A stretch of 64,000 bases of DNA from Candidatus Sulfopaludibacter sp. SbA3 (GCA_945865815.1 CAMBFR010000003.1:1258-65257), one strand, 5' to 3'. Shown: positions 1-10,547, counted from the first letter of the stretch. Notes: generated by a model from the letters alone, not told the origin. Program-made: numbers and translations.

Positions 1-141
1 GTGGGAGACCTCGAAAACACGTACTGTCCGGGCTGCAATGAGTTGCTGATCGAACGATGGGGACTTCAGGTCCGCAGCATGGCCGTTACGAACGGCGCGT
101 GTCCGAAGTGCCTGCGGCCAGTGCCTGGAGTCTGGAATTGA
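1..141 (+). CDS. 3' end of a gene that starts upstream of the window; C-terminal zinc-ribbon-like segment (CPGC...CPKC)
   Basis: Frame 1 is open from base 1 to a TGA at 139-141. It translates as VGDLENTYCPGCNELLIERWGLQVRSMAVTNGACPKCLRPVPGVWN, with two CxxC pairs. There is no start codon inside the window. It overlaps the coaE 3' end convergently. Confidence 0.3.
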   Translation: MGDLENTYCPGCNELLIERWGLQVRSMAVTNGACPKCLRPVPGVWN

Positions 142-718
142 CCGCTTCAACCTGCGCGCGCGTGGATTCCGGAGTGCCGGAGGTATCGATCACAAAGTCG
201 GCGAACCGGGCCTTCTCTTCCAGCGGCATCTGCGCCGCGATGCGGGCCGCGATCTGTTCCTCGGAAAGATTTGAACGCGTGCGCAGCCGCCGCCTCTGTG
301 CCTCCGGAGAACAGACCACCACGATGACCTTGTCATAGTTCTTGTAGGTGCCCGACTCCACCATCAAGGCGGCTTCGACAATTCCGACCGCTCCGGGCTC
401 CTCGGATTCCAGCCGATTGAGCCAGTCCTTCTGACGCTGGATGGTTGTGGGATGAACGAGGCTGTTCAGTGTCTTTCGCTCGGCCTCATCGCCAAATACG
501 ATTTCGCCGAGGATCTTTCGATCGATGGCGCCGCCGGCGCCGAGGACCCGGGGCCCAAAGGCGTCCACGACGGCCTTGTTCACAGCCTGTCCGGGCTCGA
601 ACAGTTCGTGAACGATGCGGTCGGCGTCGATCAGGTGGCAGCCGAGTTCGACAAACATCTTGCCGACCGCGCTTTTGCCCGAAGCGATACCACCGGTCAG
701 GCCCACTCGCAGCACTAT
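86..718 (-). CDS. coaE: dephospho-CoA kinase
   Basis: ORF 86..856 contains the P-loop VGLTGGIASGKS followed by a CoaE-like body. The upstream 46 codons are Arg-rich and overlap folD, so the real start is probably near 718. Confidence 0.8.
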   Translation of the reverse strand: MVLRVGLTGGIASGKSAVGKMFVELGCHLIDADRIVHELFEPGQAVNKAVVDAFGPRVLGAGGAIDRKILGEIVFGDEAERKTLNSLVHPTTIQRQKDWLNRLESEEPGAVGIVEAALMVESGTYKNYDKVIVVVCSPEAQRRRLRTRSNLSEEQIAARIAAQMPLEEKARFADFVIDTSGTPESTRAQVEAVNSRLQALAAGTSDTRRS

Positions 719-1635
719 ATCCCCCGGCGTCTTCGGGCAGCCTTGATGGTGTTCTTCATCAGCACGGCAATCGTCATGGGCCCGACCCCGCCCGGCACCG
801 GCGTCATCATGGACGCCACTTCCCTGACGGAACGCTCGTCCACGTCTCCCGCCCAAACGTAGCCTCGCTTTGCAAAATCGCTGAGTCTCGCTTCATCGCC
901 GCCGAAGAGGCGCTCGACTTCCGCGCGGCTGGAAACCTTATTTGTTCCCACGTCGATCACGACAGCCCCGGGTTTTACGAAGTCCTTCGTTACAAGAGCG
1001 GTTCGTCCAATCGCGGCCACGAGGATATCGGCCTGCCGGCAGACCTCGGCGAGGTTTCGTGTTTTGGAATGGCAAATCGTGACGGTTGCGTTCGCGTGCA
1101 TGAGCAGGATGGCCTGAGGCTTTCCGACGTCGTCGCTTCGTCCAAGCACGACGGCATTGGCGCCTTCCATTTGGACATTCGACCGGCGAAGCAGTTCCAT
1201 GACCCCGAGCGGCGTGCAGGCAACCAGTGTCTCGTGACCCAACAGCAGCGAGCCGAGATTTCCGGAGTGGAAGCCATCGACGTCCTTCTGCGGGTCCACA
1301 CCCTCGAGCACCGCATGCTTATTGACCTGCTTCGGCACCGGCAACTGAACGAGAATGCCGTCGATCAGCGGGTCTTCATTCAGCTTTCCGACTTCCCTCA
1401 GCAAGTCTTCCGTCGTAATGGCGCTTGGAAGAACGACCTTGCGGCTGAGAATTCCCAGCTGTTCGCAGGTCCTGGCCTTCATGTTTACATATGCCGAAGA
1501 AGCGGCATCGTCGCCAACCAGAACAACGGCAAGCCCGGGCTGGACGCCATTCTTCCGGAGTTGGTCCACCTCTGCCCGGACTTCTTGCTTGATGTCATCA
1601 GCGATTTTCGTTCCATTAATGAAAGTAGCGGCCAT
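715..1635 (-). CDS. folD: bifunctional methylenetetrahydrofolate dehydrogenase / methenyl-THF cyclohydrolase
   Basis: Full-length FolD-like sequence (MAATFINGTKIADDIK..., GILVQLPVP, NAVVLGRS). The ATG at 1635 was verified on the minus strand. The longer N-terminal extension in the ORF track is unlikely to be real. Confidence 0.9.
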   Translation of the reverse strand: MAATFINGTKIADDIKQEVRAEVDQLRKNGVQPGLAVVLVGDDAASSAYVNMKARTCEQLGILSRKVVLPSAITTEDLLREVGKLNEDPLIDGILVQLPVPKQVNKHAVLEGVDPQKDVDGFHSGNLGSLLLGHETLVACTPLGVMELLRRSNVQMEGANAVVLGRSDDVGKPQAILLMHANATVTICHSKTRNLAEVCRQADILVAAIGRTALVTKDFVKPGAVVIDVGTNKVSSRAEVERLFGGDEARLSDFAKRGYVWAGDVDERSVREVASMMTPVPGGVGPMTIAVLMKNTIKAARRRRGI

Positions 1636-1661
1636 GCGAAAATCATCATACACTGACTTCG

Positions 1662-3677
1662 ATGCATTTCGTTTTGCTACTGACACTGGTCTCCTCCACG
1701 GTATTCACTCCCACCGTCGAACGTGCCTTTTCGTTATTCAGGAGCGCCGATTGGGCCGGCGCGGCATCCGCATTGGACCAGGCGCACGCCGACGATTCCG
1801 AACTCTTTGCCGCAAACAATCTTCATTACCTTCGAGGCCGAATCGCGGAACTGCAGGCCGACTGGATGAGGGCGAGAGACGAGTTCACGAGACTGGCGCC
1901 GGCAAATCCTCTCTACTCGCTTGCGACGTGGCATGCAGCGCGGGCATCCGCCCGGCTGCGTGATGGCGCTGCAGCCGAGAAGTTTTTGAGCCGATTGCCG
2001 CGGACATTTCCGGCCGAATTGAGAATGCAGGTTGCGCGCGAGGCCACCGGCCCCATTGCGCTCAAGTTGTACCAGGGTGTTACGACGCGAGAAGCGCGGA
2101 TGGCGCGCGCGCGAATCCTCGGCGATAAGACGGCCTTCCGGGCGCTTCTTCGGGAACGCAAGGACGATGACATCGCGCTCGAGGGCGCGAGACTCTTGAA
2201 TGGATCGGCCGGGACCGCACAGCAGCGGCTTGATCTCGCCGACACCTACATGGCGCACCGGCAGTTCGAAGACGCACACTCGCTTTATCAGGACCTTGTG
2301 GGAACACAGGCCTTTGCGGCCCGCGCCCGATACCAGCTCGCCCGCATTCAGTTCCTTCGTGAAGACTATCGCGGAGCGATCCAGAGCTTCGAGCGGATCG
2401 CAAAGGATTTTCCCGGAACCGGCTGGGAGAAGGACTCCGATTATCAGATCGCAAGCTGCTATTGGCGCATGGGCGAGTTCGGCGATTCCGAAAAGGCTTA
2501 TCTTGGTTACATCGCAAAGTACGGCAGACTGGGCCAGGAAGAAGGCGCGGTTCGAAATCTCGTGGATGTCTACCGCGCAATGGGCAATAACCAGAAGGCT
2601 CTTGCGTTGATCGATCGAATGACCGCGCGGCGAACGTCGGTCGCGACGCGGCAGGTCCTGCTTTTTTCGAAAGCCAAGATTCTTTTCCTTCAGCAACGAT
2701 ATGCCGCCGCCGTTCAGATTTTCCGCGATCTTGCACGAGCCCGGCTGCGGCCGGCGCCCGGCGGTACGACAAGGGAGGAAGCGCGTTACTTCGAAGCGTT
2801 GTCCCTGTCAGAAGCAGGTGACCCGCGCGCCGCGGAAACTATCTGGCGCGGCCTCGCCCGAGATACATACGGCTACTACGGGCGAAAATCGGCGGAAAAA
2901 CTTGCGGGAAGTCTCCCGGCCGATCGGGTTGCTGTTTGCCAGCCGCCGCGCGATCCCGCAATGGACAAGGTTTCACAAAGTCTGAAAATAATGAGACGGC
3001 CCCTTTTGACGTTGTCTGAAGGCTCGCCGTCCGTGAATGACCCCGTGGCCGAACTGGCGTTTCTGCAGCTCTGGGACGAAGCGTCGCTCTGGCTGGAAAC
3101 AGCCCAGCGCCGGCCAGACCCGAAAGCCGCGGCAGAACTGGCTTATGCCGCCGGACGATACCATCGGTCTATCGTTTATGCCGGCAGACTCCCGAAGTCG
3201 GACGAAGCGTCGGCGATGTTGTATCCGGCAGGTTTCCGCCAAACGATCTGCGAGGCGGCCCGCGAACAGACAGTTGATCCGCTGTGGCTTCATGCGATCA
3301 TCTGGCAGGAGAGCAAGTACAACCCCAACGCTCGATCAGGGGCGTCCGCCCGCGGTTTGATGCAGTTCATTCCCGAAACGGCGCAGGCCGTGGGAAGGGC
3401 CCTGGGAATGAATGAACTCCCGCTCAACAGGCTTTATGATCCCGGAGTGAACATCCGGATGGGCGCATACTATTGGGCATCGCTGGTAAAACAACTGCGT
3501 GCGCCCGAAATGGCACTGGCGGCCTATAACGGCGGTATCGACAACGTCGGCCGATGGCGGGCGAAGTGGCCCGGCGGCGACGAGTTTTTCGTCGCCGATA
3601 TCGGCTTCACCGAAACGAAGCGGTACGTGATGGAGGTCTTCAGGGCTCGCGCGGCGTATCAAGCCCTGGGCCGGTAA
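1662..3677 (+). CDS. soluble lytic murein transglycosylase (TPR/superhelical N-terminal region plus C-terminal SLT domain)
   Basis: C-terminal SLT catalytic signature (IIWQESKYNPNARSGASARGLMQFIPETA ... AYNGG) preceded by TPR-like helical repeats. Confidence 0.8.
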   Translation: MHFVLLLTLVSSTVFTPTVERAFSLFRSADWAGAASALDQAHADDSELFAANNLHYLRGRIAELQADWMRARDEFTRLAPANPLYSLATWHAARASARLRDGAAAEKFLSRLPRTFPAELRMQVAREATGPIALKLYQGVTTREARMARARILGDKTAFRALLRERKDDDIALEGARLLNGSAGTAQQRLDLADTYMAHRQFEDAHSLYQDLVGTQAFAARARYQLARIQFLREDYRGAIQSFERIAKDFPGTGWEKDSDYQIASCYWRMGEFGDSEKAYLGYIAKYGRLGQEEGAVRNLVDVYRAMGNNQKALALIDRMTARRTSVATRQVLLFSKAKILFLQQRYAAAVQIFRDLARARLRPAPGGTTREEARYFEALSLSEAGDPRAAETIWRGLARDTYGYYGRKSAEKLAGSLPADRVAVCQPPRDPAMDKVSQSLKIMRRPLLTLSEGSPSVNDPVAELAFLQLWDEASLWLETAQRRPDPKAAAELAYAAGRYHRSIVYAGRLPKSDEASAMLYPAGFRQTICEAAREQTVDPLWLHAIIWQESKYNPNARSGASARGLMQFIPETAQAVGRALGMNELPLNRLYDPGVNIRMGAYYWASLVKQLRAPEMALAAYNGGIDNVGRWRAKWPGGDEFFVADIGFTETKRYVMEVFRARAAYQALGR

Positions 3678-3679
3678 CA

Positions 3680-4699
3680 ATGAAACAGGAAAAAGTATTC
3701 TTCGGCGCGCTATTCGCAACGATTACCGTGCTCGGCCTGGTGATCATGCAGCCGTTTCTCAGCTATATTGTTCTTGCCGGCATCCTCACTTACGCATTGT
3801 TTCCCGTTTACCAGCTCCTCTACAGCCGCACGCGGCGGCCGGGCCTGAGTTCTTCGCTTTCGATCTTCGCCGCGCTGGTCCTGATGGTGATTCCCTCGTT
3901 CTTTCTTGTGAGCGAGCTCGTACAGCAGGTGTCGGGCGCGTATACCAATTTCCAGGTCGAAAACATTCAGCGCATGGGCGATTACCTGAGCGGATTGACC
4001 GGCAATCGCGTGAATTTCCAGGAAATGATCGACTCGACGCTGGACCAGATCCGCCGGTCCATCGTCGGCCTGGCGCCCAACATTCTGGGATCGCTGACCG
4101 AGTTGCTGCTCGGCCTGTTCGTCATGTTTTTCGTGATGTATTACGGATTTCGTGAAGGAGAGAGTTTCCTCGCGCGAATCAAGTCCCTGATGCCCCTCGA
4201 TCCGGCTTTAAAGGAGTCGCTGTTTTACGAACTGCGAACGGTCACTCAGGCGGTGCTCTACGGACAGGTGATGACCGCCGTCATTCAGGGCACTCTGGGC
4301 GGTATCGGCCTTCTTGTGGTTGGAATTGAGAACTGGATCTTCTGGGGCGCACTCATGATCATCACGGCGTTCCTGCCCGTGCTGGGCACTCCGCTTATCT
4401 GGCTGCCTGCCGCAGTGAGCCTGATCCTGGATGGCGAGACGGCCCGCGGCGTAGGATTACTCATATACGGCGCCACGATCGTCATGAACATCGACAACTT
4501 CATCCGTCCCAGGTTGGTCAGCGGCCGGACCAAGGTACACCCGGTTTTGATACTGATCGGAGTCCTCGGCGGGCTGAAGATTTTCGGATTCATCGGCATG
4601 CTGGTCGGCCCCCTGGTGCTTGCGCTGCTCGTCGCCTTCATCAAATTCTACGAAGCAGCGTACCTGCAACCCAGAGCGGTAGGCCCCGCCGCGGATTAA
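3680..4699 (+). CDS. AI-2E family transporter (PerM/UPF0118)
   Basis: MKQEKVFFGALFATITVLGLVIM... polytopic membrane protein with AI-2E topology. The ATG at 3680 was verified. The upstream part of ORF 3554..4699 overlaps the slt 3' end. Confidence 0.85.
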   Translation: MKQEKVFFGALFATITVLGLVIMQPFLSYIVLAGILTYALFPVYQLLYSRTRRPGLSSSLSIFAALVLMVIPSFFLVSELVQQVSGAYTNFQVENIQRMGDYLSGLTGNRVNFQEMIDSTLDQIRRSIVGLAPNILGSLTELLLGLFVMFFVMYYGFREGESFLARIKSLMPLDPALKESLFYELRTVTQAVLYGQVMTAVIQGTLGGIGLLVVGIENWIFWGALMIITAFLPVLGTPLIWLPAAVSLILDGETARGVGLLIYGATIVMNIDNFIRPRLVSGRTKVHPVLILIGVLGGLKIFGFIGMLVGPLVLALLVAFIKFYEAAYLQPRAVGPAAD

Positions 4700-4714
4700 T
4701 TCGGGAGCCCTCCC

Positions 4715-4852
4715 TCAGTGGTGATGATCGTCTCCGCCGCCGGCGCCCGGCTGAGGCGAGATCGGACGGCTCTGCTCAGCATTCGGCTTTATCAGACTCC
4801 CGATAATGACTCCAACGATCAGTACTCCCAGTGCGATCAGCGCTTCTCTCAT
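4715..4852 (-). CDS. small single-pass membrane peptide (45 aa)
   Basis: Translates as MREALIALGVLIVGVIIGSLIKPNAEQSRPISPQPGAGGGDDHHH. A GGAGGTG Shine-Dalgarno sits 8 nt upstream of the ATG at 4852. One hydrophobic helix is followed by a Gly/Asp/His tail. Only the last 45 codons of ORF 4715..5299 are plausible. Confidence 0.35.
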   Translation of the reverse strand: MREALIALGVLIVGVIIGSLIKPNAEQSRPISPQPGAGGGDDHHH

Positions 4853-4982
4853 CAAAAACACCTCCAATGTGTCCGGAAACACTATAAGGCAGGATTTAAA
4901 ATCCGGGCGACTGATGTTGCGCCACCGAACGCCACAGCGAAATCGGCAACGTGATGTGTCTTTTGCAGTAAGGAGACGCAAT

Positions 4983-5109
4983 TCCCCTCCTGTTTTAGGA
5001 GGGGTGGCGCGAAGCGCCGGGGTGGTATTGAAGGTCCACAGACTCTTTCGATCATTATACCACCCCGCCCTCGCTGTCGCTCGGGCTCTCCTCCTAAAAC
5101 AGGAGGGGA
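4983..5109. repeat. copy A (short form) of the GC-rich nested-palindrome intergenic repeat family
   Basis: Hairpin CCCCTCCTGTTTTAGGAGGGG at one end and CTCCTCCTAAAACAGGAGGGG at the other. Between them lie GGGGTGGTAT...ATACCACCCC and a GGCGCGAAGCGCC hairpin. The CCCCTCCT..AGGAGGGG and GGGGTGGT modules are shared with copies B, C and D. Confidence 0.6.
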
Positions 5110-5160
5110 ATTTGATCGCCAGGGCGGATCGGAATCTTCGGGATTGGACTCCGGATTTCC

Positions 5161-6789
5161 CTACAGCATTTCGTAACCGGGACCGCCGCCACCTTCCGGC
5201 GTAACCCAGTTGATGATCTGATACGGATCCATGATGTCGCACGTCTTGCAGTGGACGCAGTTGGACGCGTTGATCTGCAGCCGGTTGGCATCGGTCCATT
5301 CATAAACGGCGGCGGGACAGAAGTGCTGGCAGGGATTTCCAAATTCCTTGGTACAGCGGTTGGTGCAGATGTCGGGTTCAAGGACAACGAGGTGGCAGGG
5401 CTGGTCTTCGTCGTGGTCGGTACCGGAGTTGTAGACGTCGGTCAGCTTATCGAACGTGAGTTTCCTGTCGAAGGCGGCTTCCACCGGCGCTGGAACCGCA
5501 CCATTGTAGTATTCGAGAACCTTCCGCATGCGGGCGTGACCGGGGTGGTTCGTATACCGGTTGCGCAGACCGCGGCCGCCAGTCGCCATCTGGAGGCTGG
5601 TATGGATCATTCCCGAAAGGAAACCGTGTTCGAACGCCTGATGGAAGTTTCGAACCCTCCATAATTCCTCTTTCACCCAACTGCTCTCGACAAGGTCGTG
5701 GAAGCGCTTCAGTCTGGCTTCCGAGAAGTCGTCAGCCGCAAGAGCTTCCGAAGCGGCCTGCGCCGCGAGCATGCCGGTCTTGAACGAGAGGTGAATTCCC
5801 TTCAGGCGCATGGCATTCAGGAAACCGCCCGAATCGCCAATGATCATTCCGCCATTAAAGTAGTACTGAGGCTGAGCCCAGTAACCGCCTTCCGGAATTG
5901 TCTTTGCGCCATAAGAATAGAGCGTGCCGCCTTCGAGAATGGTTCGAATGTAGGGATGCGTCTTGAATTCCTGGAAGCGCTTGTGCGGATCCAGCCGGGG
6001 ATCCAGGTAATCCAGGCCTACAACCAGTCCGATCGAAACGCGTCCGTCGGCCATGTTGTAGATGAAACCGCCGCCGAATTCCTCGGTGGTCAGGGGCCAG
6101 CCCATGGTGTGGATGACGCGGCCGTCGACACCTTTCTGGCTCGGGACATCCCAGATCTCTTTCACGCCGACCGTATACACCTGCGGATTGCGCCCCGCGT
6201 CGAGCTTGAACTTCTGCACCAGTTGTTTCGTGAGCGAGCCGCGTGAGCCTTCCGCAAGGATTGTTATCTTCGCGCGGATATCGATGCCGGGCTCGTAGTT
6301 CCCTTTCTTGTTCCCGTGCTTGTCGATACCTTTGTCGCCGGTACGGACGCCGGCCACGGCGCCGTCTTCGATGAGGAGATCGGCGCCGGAAAACCCGGCA
6401 AAGATATCGACGCCGTTCTTTTCGACCTGCTCGCCGAACCAGCGGATGAACTTGTTCAGCGAGATGATGTAGTTGCCGTGGTTCTTCAGGGGAGGCGGAA
6501 TTATGGGAAGGTCGAACTTCCGGTTGCTGGTCAGATACGTGACATGGTCTTCCCGGACGGGACGCTCGACCGGCGCGCCTTTCTCCTTCCAGTCGGGCAT
6601 CAATTCGTTGATGCCTCGCGGATCCATCACCGCACCGGAAATGATGTGGGCGCCAATCTCCTTTCCTTTTTCCAGGACCGCGATCGACGCATCCGGATTC
6701 AGGCTGCGCAAGTGATAAGCGGCTGCGAGTCCCGACGGGCCGCCGCCGACGATGAGTACGTCAACTTCCAACGTTTCACGCTCGGCCAT
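5161..6789 (-). CDS. electron-transfer flavoprotein:ubiquinone oxidoreductase
   Basis: FAD-binding VDVLIVGGGPSGLAAAY, an ETF-QO body, and a C-terminal 4Fe-4S ferredoxin segment CVHCKTCDI. The ATG at 6789 (MAERETLEV) was verified. Confidence 0.9.
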   Translation of the reverse strand: MAERETLEVDVLIVGGGPSGLAAAYHLRSLNPDASIAVLEKGKEIGAHIISGAVMDPRGINELMPDWKEKGAPVERPVREDHVTYLTSNRKFDLPIIPPPLKNHGNYIISLNKFIRWFGEQVEKNGVDIFAGFSGADLLIEDGAVAGVRTGDKGIDKHGNKKGNYEPGIDIRAKITILAEGSRGSLTKQLVQKFKLDAGRNPQVYTVGVKEIWDVPSQKGVDGRVIHTMGWPLTTEEFGGGFIYNMADGRVSIGLVVGLDYLDPRLDPHKRFQEFKTHPYIRTILEGGTLYSYGAKTIPEGGYWAQPQYYFNGGMIIGDSGGFLNAMRLKGIHLSFKTGMLAAQAASEALAADDFSEARLKRFHDLVESSWVKEELWRVRNFHQAFEHGFLSGMIHTSLQMATGGRGLRNRYTNHPGHARMRKVLEYYNGAVPAPVEAAFDRKLTFDKLTDVYNSGTDHDEDQPCHLVVLEPDICTNRCTKEFGNPCQHFCPAAVYEWTDANRLQINASNCVHCKTCDIMDPYQIINWVTPEGGGGPGYEML

Positions 6790-6803
6790 AGGGCAAGTAT
6801 CTC

Positions 6804-8066
6804 CTAATCCGTATAACGCTTGAACAGCAGCGAGGCGTTCGTTCCGCCGAATCCAAAGGAGTTTGAAAGCGCATACTTGATGCTGGCCTTGCGCATTTGA
6901 TTCGGCGTGTAATCCAGATCGCAATCGGGATCGGGGGTGTCGTAGTTAATGGTCGGGGGTATGACGCCGCGTTCGATGGCTAGTACCGTGATTCCGGCTT
7001 CCACCGCGCCCGCCGCGCCAAGCAGGTGCCCAACCATCGATTTTGTCGAGCTGATTGAGAGCTTGCGGGCGTGTTCGCCGAACAGGCGCTTTATCGCATG
7101 GGTTTCGATGCGATCGTTGGGCGGAGTCGACGTGCCGTGCGCGTTGATATAGTCCACCTCTTCAGGTTTGATTCCCGCATCCGTAATTGCGTTCAACATG
7201 ACGCGCATGGCGCCGTGGCCGTCGTCTGGAGGGAGAGTGATGTGGTATGCGTCGCCGCTCATGCCATAGCCGACGAGTTCGGCGAGGATGGTCGCGCCCC
7301 GCTTCCTTGCCAACTCCAGTTCTTCAAGGATGACGACGCCTGCGCCTTCTCCGACGACAAATCCGTCGCGATCCTTGTCGAAGGGCCGGGACGCGCGCAA
7401 CGGTTCTTCGTTTCGAGTGGATAGAGCGCGCATCGCCGCAAAACCGCCGACGCCCATGGGAGTGATCGCTGCCTCGGAGCCTCCTGCGATCATTGCATCC
7501 GCGTCGCCGCGCGCGATCGCGCGGAACGCATCCCCGACTGCGTGCGCGCCCGATGAGCATGCCGTGCATGGCGCCGAGTTCGGGCCGCGGGCGCCGAACC
7601 GGATCGAAACCTGGCCAGCCGCAAGGTTGATGATGCTGGACGGAATAAAGAACGGGGATATCTTGCGCGGTCCGCCCTCGAGCAATGCCGTGTGCTCACG
7701 CTCGATTATCGCGAATCCACCAATTCCCGATCCGATGAATACTCCGGTCCGCTCCCGGAGTTCATCCGTAATCTGGAGGCCGGACTGCTTCATAGCAAAG
7801 TCCGCGGCTGCCACCGCGTAATGGATGAAGCTGTCCATCTTCTTGACGTCTTTCTTTTCGAACCATCGCAACGGATCGAAGTTTTTGACTTCAGCGGCAA
7901 TTCGCGTTGAAAACTGAGCCGTGTCGAAACGCGTGATGGCCGTAACGCCACTGCGCCCTTCACATAAACCCTTCCAGGTTTCCTCAGTTCCTGTTCCCAG
8001 CGCCGTAACCAGCCCGACGCCGGTAACGACGACTCTTCTCTTCTGCAATTCGTTAATTCCCTTCAC
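6804..8066 (-). CDS. fabF: beta-ketoacyl-ACP synthase II
   Basis: KAS II signature across the whole ORF: RRVVVTGVG, active-site Cys region [14 protein letters not shown], and His-His [15 protein letters not shown]. Confidence 0.9.
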   Translation of the reverse strand: MKGINELQKRRVVVTGVGLVTALGTGTEETWKGLCEGRSGVTAITRFDTAQFSTRIAAEVKNFDPLRWFEKKDVKKMDSFIHYAVAAADFAMKQSGLQITDELRERTGVFIGSGIGGFAIIEREHTALLEGGPRKISPFFIPSSIINLAAGQVSIRFGARGPNSAPCTACSSGAHAVGDAFRAIARGDADAMIAGGSEAAITPMGVGGFAAMRALSTRNEEPLRASRPFDKDRDGFVVGEGAGVVILEELELARKRGATILAELVGYGMSGDAYHITLPPDDGHGAMRVMLNAITDAGIKPEEVDYINAHGTSTPPNDRIETHAIKRLFGEHARKLSISSTKSMVGHLLGAAGAVEAGITVLAIERGVIPPTINYDTPDPDCDLDYTPNQMRKASIKYALSNSFGFGGTNASLLFKRYTD

Positions 8067-8104
8067 GGCCGCAACGTAGCCTTAGGTCTCGCGCCAGCGC
8101 GCTG

Positions 8105-8350
8105 CTATGACTTGGGCAGGTGAGTCTCGATGTAACTGATCGCGTCCTTGACAGTGGTGATTTTCTCGGCATCTTCATCGGGAATCTCCATCCCGAATCC
8201 TTCTTCCAAAGCCATGACGAGTTCAACCGTATCGAGCGAATCCGCGCCAAGATCATCAATAAAGGAAGCGGTCGGAGTAACTTCCGATTCGTCCACCCCA
8301 AGCTGCTCGACGATGATCTGTTTAACCTTATCTTCGACTGAAGAAGCCAT
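8105..8350 (-). CDS. acpP: acyl carrier protein
   Basis: [50 protein letters not shown] carries the DSLD phosphopantetheine site. The ATG at 8350 follows GGAGGAG. Confidence 0.9.
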   Translation of the reverse strand: MASSVEDKVKQIIVEQLGVDESEVTPTASFIDDLGADSLDTVELVMALEEGFGMEIPDEDAEKITTVKDAISYIETHLPKS

Positions 8351-8415
8351 TCTTATCTCCTCCTGTTTTCTTGAACCAACACTGTGTCCGCTTATTCGCG
8401 GGAGCAAACCTGAAA

Positions 8416-9345
8416 TTATAGAAGTGCGCTTAACGTATTTTCCACCGAATTCTCGTCATCGGCATTGAGCATTGTAACCGACTTATCGACGCTGCGAATC
8501 AAGCCCAGCAAGACTTTTCCGGGACCGACTTCGACGAAGGCGCGAACGCCCTCGTCCAGCAGACGCTCGACGCTCTCCTGCCAGCGCACCGGACGCGACA
8601 CCTGGCGCTTCAAACCGCTGCGAGCCTCGCCTCCCGTTTGAATCGGCAGCGCGTCGACATTTGTGATCAACGGGCATCGAAGGTCCGCAAATTCGAGATT
8701 ATCCAGGTCGACGCTGAGGCGCTCCTCGGCCGGCTTCATCAGCGCACAATGGAATGGCGCGCTCACCGGTAATGGAATGGCGCGTTTGGCGCCCGCTTCC
8801 CTGGCCAGTATCATCGCGCGCTCGACGGCCTCCCGGTTCCCCGCAATCACAATCTGCCCGGAAGAGTTCATATTCGCCGGAGAAACCACCTGTCCTTCAG
8901 CGGCGCGCTCGCAAACGGACTGCACCCCAGCCAGGTCCAACCCGAGCAACGCGGCCATGGCGCCCACGCCAACCGGAACCGCTTCCTGCATGTAACGTCC
9001 CCGCCGCCGCACGAGCCCGGCTGCATCGCCCAGCCTCAGGGATCCTGCGGCAACCAGAGCCGAATACTCGCCGAGGCTGTGACCCGCAACGAAGTCCGGC
9101 CGGATTCCACGCTCTTCCAGAATGCGAAACACGGCAATCGATGTCGCAAGAATCGCGGGCTGCGTATTCTCGGTGAGCTTCAGATCCTCTTCCGGACCTT
9201 CAAAACAAAGACGGGAAATCCCAAAATTCAAAGCGCGGTCGGCTTCTTCGAAGGCGGCCCGGGCAACGGGATACTTTTCCGCTATCGCCCGGCCCATACC
9301 GGCATGCTGGGATCCCTGGCCGGGAAAGACGAATGCAATTTTCAT
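8416..9345 (-). CDS. fabD: malonyl-CoA:ACP transacylase
   Basis: [18 protein letters not shown] with the [10 protein letters not shown] active-site motif. Confidence 0.9.
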   Translation of the reverse strand: MKIAFVFPGQGSQHAGMGRAIAEKYPVARAAFEEADRALNFGISRLCFEGPEEDLKLTENTQPAILATSIAVFRILEERGIRPDFVAGHSLGEYSALVAAGSLRLGDAAGLVRRRGRYMQEAVPVGVGAMAALLGLDLAGVQSVCERAAEGQVVSPANMNSSGQIVIAGNREAVERAMILAREAGAKRAIPLPVSAPFHCALMKPAEERLSVDLDNLEFADLRCPLITNVDALPIQTGGEARSGLKRQVSRPVRWQESVERLLDEGVRAFVEVGPGKVLLGLIRSVDKSVTMLNADDENSVENTLSALL

Positions 9346-10364
9346 GTTACGGCGGCGCTTTTCGAGAGGCCCAGCTTGTGGAATTCCGTTTCGATAACCT
9401 GGTTGACGTTGTGCTTGCAGAACTCGTTCGCCACACGGACTGCGTTCTTGATGGCATTCGCCTTGGACCGCCCATGACAGACGATCGTAATTCCATTCAT
9501 GCCCAACAGCGGCGCGCCTCCGTATTCCGAGTAGTCCAGGCGCTGCTTGAACTGGCGAAAAGCCTTCTGCGCGAAGATGTAACCCACCTTCGCCGCCAGG
9601 GTCTTCTGAAGTTCCTCGCCGAGCATTGCTGTGAAAGTCTCGATAAGACCCTCGCTCAGCTTGAGCGCAACGTTGCCGGTAAAGCCATCACACACGATAA
9701 CGTCCACATCGCCCTTGAAGATATCGCGGCCCTCGACATTTCCGAGAAAGTTGATTGGAGCGAGTTTCAAGGATTTGAACGCTTCCTTTGTGAGTTCGTT
9801 ACCCTTGGAAGCCTCTTCGCCAATCGACAGCAGGCCGACGCGCGGCCGCCGGATGCCGAAGACAGTCCGGGAATAGATGTCGCCCATGATGGCGAACTGT
9901 TCCAGGTGATGTGGCTTGCAATCGACATTGGCGCCCACATCAAGAAGGATGGCGGGCTTGCCCTTCTGCGTGGGAAGGACCGTTGAAAGAGCGGGCCGAT
10001 CGACTACAGGCAGAGTGCCCAGAACCATCTTGACCGTCGCCATCACCGCGCCCGTGTTTCCAGCGCTGACGACGCCGGATACACCCCCATCACGCATGAG
10101 CAGCGCTGCAACTCGAATGGATGAGTCTTTCTTGCGGCGGGCTGCCGTAGCGGCCGAGTCTTCCATCGTAATCACTTCGCTGGCGTGAACGACTTCGATG
10201 GGGAGGCTTCCGGCATCGTGCTTTTCGAGAGCTTCGCGAATGCGCGGTTCCAGGCCGACGAGCACGATAGCGACCCCATATTGGGCGGCAGCCTGAACGG
10301 CGCCCTCAACCTCGGGAAGAGGCGCGTGATCGCTGCCCATCGCATCGACTGCGATCTTGATCAT
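9342..10364 (-). CDS. plsX: phosphate acyltransferase
   Basis: [15 protein letters not shown]... full-length PlsX. Its stop overlaps the fabD start by 4 nt. Confidence 0.9.
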   Translation of the reverse strand: MIKIAVDAMGSDHAPLPEVEGAVQAAAQYGVAIVLVGLEPRIREALEKHDAGSLPIEVVHASEVITMEDSAATAARRKKDSSIRVAALLMRDGGVSGVVSAGNTGAVMATVKMVLGTLPVVDRPALSTVLPTQKGKPAILLDVGANVDCKPHHLEQFAIMGDIYSRTVFGIRRPRVGLLSIGEEASKGNELTKEAFKSLKLAPINFLGNVEGRDIFKGDVDVIVCDGFTGNVALKLSEGLIETFTAMLGEELQKTLAAKVGYIFAQKAFRQFKQRLDYSEYGGAPLLGMNGITIVCHGRSKANAIKNAVRVANEFCKHNVNQVIETEFHKLGLSKSAAVT

Positions 10365-10547
10365 CTATTTTTCCGCTGTTTCGATGACTTCCCGGTCCTT
10401 GTAGTGCCCACAGGCAGGGCAGACACGATGAGGCATTTTCATTTCGTGGCAATTGGGGCATTCGGACAGTGATCGGGTCGTCAAATGATCGTGCGCCCGG
10501 CGGCTGTTTTTGCGCGCCTTCGAATGTCGTCGTTTTGGATTTGGCAT
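10365..10547 (-). CDS. rpmF: 50S ribosomal protein L32
   Basis: MPNPKRRHSKARKNSRRAHD... with the CPNC...CPAC zinc ribbon. It lies immediately upstream of plsX, as in the classic cluster. Confidence 0.9.
   Translation of the reverse strand: MPNPKRRHSKARKNSRRAHDHLTTRSLSECPNCHEMKMPHRVCPACGHYKDREVIETAEK

Noticed and set aside
445-1656. 403-aa plus-strand ORF (and the 136-aa ORF 452..862) antisense to folD and coaE
   Set aside because: Arg-rich, low-complexity translation with no recognisable domains. It fully overlaps two well-conserved minus-strand genes. This is a typical high-GC antisense open frame.
1734-2772. Minus-strand ORFs of 320, 230 and 110 aa inside the slt gene
   Set aside because: Arg/Pro-rich antisense frames inside a gene with a clear SLT domain. 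No Shine-Dalgarno and no domain similarity.
3554-3679. Longer start (3554) for the AI-2E transporter and similar long N-terminal extensions for the Rrf2 regulator (52198), tctA (34269), the aldo-keto reductase (36466) and the radical SAM gene (63170)
   Set aside because: In each case an internal ATG, sometimes with a Shine-Dalgarno, begins the conserved protein. The upstream extension overlaps the neighbouring gene or is Arg-rich.
4715-5299. Full 194-aa ORF on the minus strand
   Set aside because: Only the last 45 codons, starting at the ATG at 4852 with a Shine-Dalgarno, look like a real peptide. The upstream part runs across repeat copy A and is Arg-rich.
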